Origin: a virus
Lineage: Duplodnaviria > Heunggongvirae > Uroviricota > Caudoviricetes
Strand: one strand, 5' to 3'
IMG/VR virus record: IMGVR_UViG_3300043467_001216
Length of the DNA stretch: 64,000 bases
Notes under the pieces: model-generated
Told to the model about the DNA's origin: nothing
Seen by the model: only the letters and a program-made list of their open reading frames with translations
The model's database searches: none
Shown here: in pieces, positions 57,554 through 64,000 of the stretch
Position numbering within the stretch: the first letter of the stretch is position 1
Layout of the letters: every line of letters starts with the position of its first letter
Program-made: the position numbers and the translations under genes

Positions 57554-58948
57554 ATGGATGTTAAAAAAATAGTTCTTGATGTATTATCAGAATCAAAGAA
57601 AAAGAATAAAAAAGATGATAGATGTGTGAGATTAGCCAAACAAAAATATGATACTTGGCCGTCAGCGTATGCTTCAGGTGCGGTTGTTAAATGTCGTCAA
57701 GGAAAAATATGGAAAGAAGAAGTTGAATCACTTGATGAAGCAACTAAAACAGATTATAGTAAAGAAAATGAGTCGGGATTACACGGATGGTTTTCAAGAC
57801 AAGGTGGGAAAGGTAAATCTCAAGGTTGGGTTGATTGTAACACTTGTAGAACAGACTCAAACGGTAAAAAAACTTGTAAATCTTGTGGTAGAAGTGATGG
57901 TGAAGATAGGTCAAAATATCCGGCTTGTAGACCAACCCCATCAGCTTGTGGAACTAAAGGTAAAGGTAAAAAGTGGGGTAAAAAAACTAAAATGGGTGTG
58001 AAGGAAAATGTTAAAGTTTCAAAGGATTTACAATACCATTTAGATAACGAAATTACATTATCAGAAAACGTATTTAGAATTTATTCAGAGAAATATTTCA
58101 AATTAATTAATGAAGTTAGGTCACTTTATAATAGAGATTTAATCAGATTAAATGAAGAAGATTCTTGGATTGTTGAATCTGATTTAGGTAAAAAAGTGTT
58201 ACTTGAAAATGGTGAAGAGGTTTACTTAGACGCACCAATGTATGAAGAAGAAAATGAAGATGAAAGAGAACTTAGAGAGAAATTAAATTTAGATAAAGAC
58301 CACGTAGTAAAAATCATTAAAAAAATGGGGTCTATGAGATATTTTAGTATAACATTTGATGGTATTACTAAATTATTCTTAATGGGTAATGTTTATAACA
58401 TTTTATTTAAAACAATTATCAGACATTTTAAAGTTACCGGTGTTCCACATTTCAAAAGATTTTTAGATTTAGATTTTGATTATTTTGTCTTTATGGATAG
58501 AAATGAACCGAATTTCTATAAGAAAGATTTAGAAAAAATGGATGTCGATGCTCGCGACCCATTTGGTAGAGATAGTTTTCTTTTTGAGTATTCCCCAATT
58601 GATAAAAGAAATTTTGATTCAACAGTATTCAAACACGAAGAATTGGAGGATTCTATTAATGAAGCATTACACCGAGGTAAGAATGTAAAAATAGGTAGTC
58701 CATTCAGAACACCGGGTGGTCCTAAGAAATTTGCGGTGTATGTTAAGACAGGTAAAGGAACAGTTAAAAAGGTGACATTTGGTGACCCCAATTTAAGAGT
58801 TAAAAACGCAAATAAAGGTCGAGCAAAATCATTTAGAGCAAGACATAAGTGTGACCAAAAGAAAGATAGAACAACGGCAGGGTATTGGTCTTGTAATGTT
58901 GGTCGATACGCTAAAAAATTGGGATTAAAATCATCAAGTAGTTGGTAA
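57554..58948 (+). CDS. Multi-module protein with basic Cys-rich phage domains
   Basis: WPSAYASGAVVKCR; KYPACRP; KKVTFGDP...SFRARHKC...AGYWSC; TATTTATA at 57529-57536. Confidence 0.85.
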   Translation: MDVKKIVLDVLSESKKKNKKDDRCVRLAKQKYDTWPSAYASGAVVKCRQGKIWKEEVESLDEATKTDYSKENESGLHGWFSRQGGKGKSQGWVDCNTCRTDSNGKKTCKSCGRSDGEDRSKYPACRPTPSACGTKGKGKKWGKKTKMGVKENVKVSKDLQYHLDNEITLSENVFRIYSEKYFKLINEVRSLYNRDLIRLNEEDSWIVESDLGKKVLLENGEEVYLDAPMYEEENEDERELREKLNLDKDHVVKIIKKMGSMRYFSITFDGITKLFLMGNVYNILFKTIIRHFKVTGVPHFKRFLDLDFDYFVFMDRNEPNFYKKDLEKMDVDARDPFGRDSFLFEYSPIDKRNFDSTVFKHEELEDSINEALHRGKNVKIGSPFRTPGGPKKFAVYVKTGKGTVKKVTFGDPNLRVKNANKGRAKSFRARHKCDQKKDRTTAGYWSCNVGRYAKKLGLKSSSSW

Positions 58949-58949
58949 T

Positions 58950-60137
58950 ATGGAAGAAAAAATTAAATTTTTATTTGACAAAATATTAGAGAAGACTGTT
59001 AAAAATTATAATCAATATAATGACAGTCGCGTTAAAATTGAATCAACTCCGACAATTGATTTAGTTAATAAAGTTAAAACACATAGAGGTTCAAAATACG
59101 AAGTTTATGTTAAAATTCCTGAATTAAAAGTTTTTGCCGATTTTACACATATATTTCATAAGGTATGGAAAACAATGGGTTTACATAAGACATTAGAAAC
59201 TAATTTGTTTATTAATACAATAATTCCCAGAAACTTTGATACTTTAAAATATAAAGCAAACCAATACAAAAAAGAATTACAAGAAGAGGTTGATAAATAT
59301 GTTAAAAGACAACGTGTTGTTGGTAATGAAATTAGTATTAATATTGATGATGTTGAAGTTATTAACAATAATTGGGTTGGTGGATATAGAATGAGTTTTA
59401 GTGTATATGCAACCTGTATAAACAATGGAAATCAAGAAGAAATCCTAAGAGTTGATAACCCTATAATCGAAAGAGAATTAAATTATATTTGCACTGAACT
59501 ACTTGGACACGAATATATGGATGGTATTATTCAAGGTTACGGTTTAACTGTTGATTTTGTTAAAAACGAACCAAGTGAAATCAATGAGGGTAAAATGGAT
59601 GATATTAAAGATTTCATTAAGAAAAACACTGATAAAATAAAAACCACATTTAAAGAAGAATTAAAAAATTCTAGTGATGATGCTAAAACAGCTTTCAAAC
59701 ATTTAATCACAAAGAAAAAAGATTTAACAAAAGAAGAACGTGAAGAAATTTCAAAAGAATTAAAACAAGTATTCAAGAGAACGGCTAAACGTTTAGGTAT
59801 GGCTAGTTTGTTTATTTTACCGGGTGGAACTATATTAGTTATCTTACTTAATTTATTTACTAAGAAAAAAGAAGTTCCATACGATGAAACGATAAGTGAA
59901 GGTAAAAAAGTTAGGTTATTTACTGAAAGTATTGATAATCACGAATTGAAGTGGCATAGAGACCGTGAGGATAGATTAGTTGAAGTTATTGAAGGTGAAG
60001 GTTGGCAATTACAATTTGATGATGAATTACCGTTTAATTTAGAAAAAGGGATGAGTGTTATCATCCCCGAAGGTGTGTATCATAGAGTTATTAAAGGAAG
60101 TGGAAATCTAAAAGTATCAATTACTGTATTAGACTAA
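58950..60137 (+). CDS. Multi-module protein with C-terminal cupin-like domain
   Basis: WHRDREDR...IPEGVYHRVIKG. Confidence 0.8.
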   Translation: MEEKIKFLFDKILEKTVKNYNQYNDSRVKIESTPTIDLVNKVKTHRGSKYEVYVKIPELKVFADFTHIFHKVWKTMGLHKTLETNLFINTIIPRNFDTLKYKANQYKKELQEEVDKYVKRQRVVGNEISINIDDVEVINNNWVGGYRMSFSVYATCINNGNQEEILRVDNPIIERELNYICTELLGHEYMDGIIQGYGLTVDFVKNEPSEINEGKMDDIKDFIKKNTDKIKTTFKEELKNSSDDAKTAFKHLITKKKDLTKEEREEISKELKQVFKRTAKRLGMASLFILPGGTILVILLNLFTKKKEVPYDETISEGKKVRLFTESIDNHELKWHRDREDRLVEVIEGEGWQLQFDDELPFNLEKGMSVIIPEGVYHRVIKGSGNLKVSITVLD

Positions 60138-60542
60138 TTCAACTTTCTCTTCAAAAATCTTATTGATTTTATTTTTCACTCTTTCACTTATTGGAATTGG
60201 AGAACCCCCATCGTCGATTCTAACAAACGTAATGTTAGTTTTCAATACAAGTTCTTGTTTACCTGTATAAACGTTGTGAGACCTCGCCTCCATATAGATT
60301 GTTATGGAAGTATTACCAATTTTAGACGGAAAACCATAGATTTTCAATAATTGATTTTCTTTAGCGGGTTTTTCAAAATTACACTTATCTATTGAGACTG
60401 TAACCATTCTTGGGGTATCACATAATTGCATCGCGTAACCCGCTGCCGCTGAGTCAATCCATTTAAGTAACGAACCACCAAATAAATTACCGTGAAATCC
60501 TAAATCGGACTTTTTGATTGGATGACTAGAAATTAATTCCAT
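60129..60542 (-). CDS. Acyl-CoA thioesterase (hotdog fold)
   Basis: GNLFGG.LL.WID, VTVSID...FEKP, IGNTS. Confidence 0.9.
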   Translation of the reverse strand: MELISSHPIKKSDLGFHGNLFGGSLLKWIDSAAAGYAMQLCDTPRMVTVSIDKCNFEKPAKENQLLKIYGFPSKIGNTSITIYMEARSHNVYTGKQELVLKTNITFVRIDDGGSPIPISERVKNKINKIFEEKVELV

Positions 60543-60606
60543 AAAAATAAAATAGAGTTTACATTTAATACCTTTTCGGTATTTATAAGTATATTAATAT
60601 GGTAAT

Positions 60607-61830
60607 ATGAGCAACGAAACTTACATAAAAAAAATAAATAATTTACTGTCAAAAAAAACTTATCATTATGAGTCAGAAATATATTCATTTGACTATATTC
60701 TTGAGTTAACAGGTGAGATAAAACCATTGATTAGTATTGGTGAATGGAAAGACTTTTATTTATTGAATTTCAAGATTTTTAATCTTAATGATACCGCAAA
60801 AAGAATAATATCATTTCTTATAAAAGAACATCCTGAATATAAAACTGAAGATAAAGAAATTTATGATGTAAAAAAACCATTACGTCAATTAGGAATTGAA
60901 AGAAGTTTAGGTGGTATGGCCAGAAAAATGTTGAGAGCACTTAATATTAAAGAGACAATTACTAAAGAAGTTTTAGTATCTTTGTCAGAACTTGAGGGGG
61001 ATTATGAAGAAATTAAGTTAAATATTGATGAATCAAGTACAAGTATTTCGTCAGGTGAATATACCGGACCATTAGAATTGGGGTTAATAAAATGGAAAAA
61101 TAAAACACTATCACCATTTAGTGAGTTTGTTGATACTAAATTTAACCATAAGAAAAAACAAAAAACAGTTAAAAACAATGTGAAACGTGTTGTTGGGGTT
61201 TGGGAAAAAAATCCTGATGGTTCATATAAAACAAATCAACACGATGTACACACAATTAATGAAGGTATGATTGATAGATTAGCCATTAGAACAGTTGTTA
61301 AAGACATTGTAAGTATAATTAAACAAAATGAAGAAGGTGGATTTTATTTACCTGAAGATATTAATGGAGAACTTCAATATAAGTTAACAAATAAAAAGAT
61401 ATTATTTAGTGTTGAATTAACTTTACGATTTAATGACATTATTGGTGGGTTTGGTGTTAATGGTGCCTACTCACACGAGGAAGATGTTATAGAAATGGTT
61501 GTCGAATATAATCCAAAAACTATTAATCAACAATTATATGATTTAATTGGTGAGATTAACGAGGTATTGACTCACGAAATGGTTCACCTTAAACAAAATT
61601 ATAGGGGCGAATTAAACTATGAGGATGTTGAAGGTAGTAATTTAGAATATTACTCAAGAAATCATGAAATACCGGCACAATATTATGGGTTTAAACGTTT
61701 ATCAAAATTAAGGAAATTACCTTTAGAGGATGTTGTTAGAGAATGGTTCGACACTCATAAAAAAACCCATATGTTAAATCCTGATGAGGTGAAAATCGTA
61801 ATAGAAAAAATACTTAATTATAAAGCATAA
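60607..61830 (+). CDS. Multi-module protein with C-terminal HExxH domain
   Basis: LTHEMVHLKQ...HEIPA; TATTTATA at 60580-60587. Confidence 0.8.
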   Translation: MSNETYIKKINNLLSKKTYHYESEIYSFDYILELTGEIKPLISIGEWKDFYLLNFKIFNLNDTAKRIISFLIKEHPEYKTEDKEIYDVKKPLRQLGIERSLGGMARKMLRALNIKETITKEVLVSLSELEGDYEEIKLNIDESSTSISSGEYTGPLELGLIKWKNKTLSPFSEFVDTKFNHKKKQKTVKNNVKRVVGVWEKNPDGSYKTNQHDVHTINEGMIDRLAIRTVVKDIVSIIKQNEEGGFYLPEDINGELQYKLTNKKILFSVELTLRFNDIIGGFGVNGAYSHEEDVIEMVVEYNPKTINQQLYDLIGEINEVLTHEMVHLKQNYRGELNYEDVEGSNLEYYSRNHEIPAQYYGFKRLSKLRKLPLEDVVREWFDTHKKTHMLNPDEVKIVIEKILNYKA

Positions 61831-61859
61831 AAAAAGGTCATCAATTGATGACCTTTTTT
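61829..61859. terminator. Bidirectional terminator
   Basis: Perfect palindrome AAAAAAGGTCATCAATTGATGACCTTTTTT. Confidence 0.85.
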
Positions 61860-61874
61860 ATTAATTAACAAATC

Positions 61875-62477
61875 TTATTTGTTTTTCAATTTACTAATTT
61901 TATCTCTATACTTGATAGCGTCTTCGTAATTTTGAGAATTAATCGCCTTGTTTAACAAAGTTGTTAAATCATTGATTTGTGAGTTGTTTTTTTCATAATC
62001 TCTGATTTCGTCTCTCAATCTGATAGCTTCTTCATAGTTTTGAGTATTAATCGCTTTGTTTAATGAAATTTTTAACTCAGTAACAGGAGAATTTGTTGTT
62101 GGTGTTGTTGTTTTTCTTTTTGGTGAGTATGTCGGCCACTCGTTAGTTGGGAAAAATGAAGACCACTCATTTTTAGTTAACCAATCTTTAGTTGGGAAAA
62201 GTGAATCCCAATTAGTTGGGTAATTGTAGTTAGATGGCCACTCGTTAGTTGGGTAATTAGAACTAACATAAACTGATTGTGTGTAATTTCCATCTTTAGT
62301 AGTATAAGTGTTTTTATACCATTTTGAACCATCTTCATTGTAACCTGTTTCAGTTTTAGTTTCACCTACAGGTTCACTAATTTTTTTTAGTTCATTATAA
62401 AAATTATCAAACAACGTAGTGTCGTTGAAAAAATTGTCTAAGCCACCATAAAATGGTTGATTTCTTTTTGAAAACAT
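61875..62477 (-). CDS. Protein with two UvrB/UvrC (UVR) motifs and PTNEW repeats
   Basis: LNKAIN.QNYE.AI..RD.I occurs twice. Confidence 0.85.
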   Translation of the reverse strand: MFSKRNQPFYGGLDNFFNDTTLFDNFYNELKKISEPVGETKTETGYNEDGSKWYKNTYTTKDGNYTQSVYVSSNYPTNEWPSNYNYPTNWDSLFPTKDWLTKNEWSSFFPTNEWPTYSPKRKTTTPTTNSPVTELKISLNKAINTQNYEEAIRLRDEIRDYEKNNSQINDLTTLLNKAINSQNYEDAIKYRDKISKLKNK

Positions 62478-62547
62478 AAATTTATTATTTTTGATTTATT
62501 TTATTAACAGAACTAATAATATACAACGTTTTCTTAAAAGTCAAATA

Positions 62548-63174
62548 TTATTTTCTAAAACGTTTAACAATTAAACCTAATAGTTCTTTTAAAGAAATAC
62601 CCCCAACATTAAGTGCAACAAACCCTGATAGTCTTTTAATAACCTCATAGATTTGATTTTCATTAAAATCCCCACTTGTAGATATTTGGTATATCAACGG
62701 TACTAAAGGTATTAAAAATGTGTAACCGATTATGTTTGAAGTTTTTTTTACACTAACACCTAAACTTTCAACAAAAGATAAGAAAGAATCTTTTAATAAT
62801 TCGGCTTTCTGAAGTCCGGCTTTATAAGTCTCATATAAACCTTTCTCTTTGATTTTTGAAATTAATAATCTTAATGGTTTTTTATTATCAATAATATACT
62901 GAAAGGCGATACCTGCCAATATTAAACTTCTTTCCATAGGAGAGACGGTTGGATATTCCCCCGATAAAAACTGTTCAACAGGACCCATTAGACCCCCAAT
63001 AGACATACTAAATGTTGCTAATATTGATAGGTCAAATTTAATTTGGTCCGAGGCCTCTTTAGTAATACGTTTCATTAAATTGTCATTTTCACCAATTGTT
63101 TTATCCATTTCTTCATTGGCCATTTCTCGTAAAATAACTCTCCTTTGTTGTTCAGTGATTATTATTGTTCTCAT
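62548..63174 (-). CDS. Leader-tagged protein with hydrophobic helices
   Basis: Start moved to MRTIIITEQQ at 63174; TATTTAT on minus strand at 63179-63185. Confidence 0.8.
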   Translation of the reverse strand: MRTIIITEQQRRVILREMANEEMDKTIGENDNLMKRITKEASDQIKFDLSILATFSMSIGGLMGPVEQFLSGEYPTVSPMERSLILAGIAFQYIIDNKKPLRLLISKIKEKGLYETYKAGLQKAELLKDSFLSFVESLGVSVKKTSNIIGYTFLIPLVPLIYQISTSGDFNENQIYEVIKRLSGFVALNVGGISLKELLGLIVKRFRK

Positions 63175-63221
63175 ACTAATAAATACTTTATTATATATAT
63201 TTATTATTAAAACAAAAAAAA

Positions 63222-64000
63222 ATGAGTCATTCAAGATTATTAGATAGACATTTAAATAACAATATTTGTCCCGATTTAAAAAAAGGGGATAGAATCGTAT
63301 TAATCAGAATGTCTGACCCAATTAGTCCTATACCACCAAAATCGAGAGGGACAGTATTAAAAGATGGGGTTAACTTTGTTGATGAAACAATTTATTCAAT
63401 TAGATGGGATAAATCAGGGTCATTAAACATTATTTCAAACATTGACACTCTTAAAGATTTAGATAATATGATTAATAATTCAAATAATGAATCTCAAATT
63501 GAGAACCATATGAAAACTATTAAAAATATTGAAAGTGACCACGATGTTTGGATGTTTGAAGAGGATTTTGATAATTTAAAAAACAAAGTTAAATCAATAA
63601 CTGAGGGAGCCAAAGATGTTGTTAACATACTAAAAAAGAGTAAAGATAAGTTTAAGAATTACGAGGTTTCTAAATTGATAAAGTATTTAACCGCAGTTAG
63701 AGATGCTAGTTTTACCAATATGTTACAAGCTTCGTATTTTTTAATTTGTGGTGAGGAAAGAGCCGAACACGAAACAAGATACACTAATAAGACCAATAAA
63801 AAAGCATATCAATATGTTTTGGATAATGCGGGCGAAGTTAGAGATATTATGATACGTGGGGCTATGAAGAGTCTTGAAGAGACTAATAAAGAAATCACAC
63901 CTGAATCTGTTGAGAGACTTATGAGGAGGGATGCACAACAGTTCTTGTTATTATATATGACATTACCTATTAAACAACAAGATTACCCGGAATACGATGA
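63222..64000 (+). CDS. DUF4314-like N-terminal domain protein (runs off window)
   Basis: Hand translation of the start: KGDRIVLIRMSDPISPIPPKSRGTV...IRWDKSGSL; TATTTAT at 63198-63204. Confidence 0.65.
   Translation, partial: MSHSRLLDRHLNNNICPDLKKGDRIVLIRMSDPISPIPPKSRGTVLKDGVNFVDETIYSIRWDKSGSLNIISNIDTLKDLDNMINNSNNESQIENHMKTIKNIESDHDVWMFEEDFDNLKNKVKSITEGAKDVVNILKKSKDKFKNYEVSKLIKYLTAVRDASFTNMLQASYFLICGEERAEHETRYTNKTNKKAYQYVLDNAGEVRDIMIRGAMKSLEETNKEITPESVERLMRRDAQQFLLLYMTLPIKQQDYPEYD

Noticed and set aside
2517-63938. Many short alternative-frame or antisense ORFs in the track (e.g. 2517, 8655, 14558-14934, 15335, 18242, 20856, 47865, 53428-54685, 56851, 57648, 63741)
   Set aside because: They overlap better-supported genes or terminators and have atypical composition with no promoter motif
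1-64000. Bacterial chromosome origin (dnaK, thyA, two-component genes)
   Set aside because: These genes are isolated among dozens of short phage-like ORFs, an endolysin and a non-host promoter motif, with no cellular operon context such as grpE/dnaJ
1-64000. cas genes, reverse transcriptase, integrase/transposase, tRNA or rRNA genes
   Set aside because: No HEPN-pair large ORF, Cas1/Cas2 motifs, YxDD RT motif set, DDE/tyrosine recombinase motifs or cloverleaf was recognised; this is by eye, so absence is not proven
1-64000. Alternative genetic code (stop-codon recoding)
   Set aside because: Known genes are full length in the standard code and coding density is high; TAA, TGA and TAG all end plausible genes

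Overview
AT-rich (about 28-30% GC by eye), gene-dense segment that reads as the accessory region of a large/jumbo T4-like phage of a Bacteroidota host. Evidence for the host: TAnnTTTG promoters, no Shine-Dalgarno sites, lipobox lipoproteins and a Bacteroidota-type DnaK. No capsid, terminase, polymerase, tRNA, cas or reverse-transcriptase gene was recognised. Recognisable genes: GT2 glycosyltransferase, SPPY-type MTase plus IceA1/NlaIII-like HNH endonuclease, DHFR, ThyA, secreted non-specific nuclease, FKBP PPIase, metallophosphoesterase, GH19 endolysin, YceI, a GAF-PAS histidine kinase/patatin/receiver/membrane-protein operon, DnaK, HAD and P-loop kinase RNA-repair-like enzymes, acyl-CoA thioesterase and a UVR-motif protein. 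About 30 ORFs share an N-terminal MK(I/K)IITE or IxRILxEE leader and mostly sit behind a TATTTAT(A) motif, which suggests a capsid-targeting/protease-cleaved cargo tag. The most unusual element is a perfectly periodic array of 36-nt repeats and 30-nt spacers (11412-12489, 17 repeats, 16 spacers). It has CRISPR type VI-B/II-C-like geometry yet is entirely in frame within a protein gene. Related repeat-spacer-half-repeat units sit at the equivalent 3' position of three paralogous genes (21967, 35723, 36158). A mostly non-coding 1.9-kb region (15924-17840) carries DnaA-box-like and TGACA-n3-TGTCA modules, a rod-like RNA candidate, a G4-forming tract and a local skew switch, and may be an origin or terminus. 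All family assignments come from motifs read by eye; no database searches were run.
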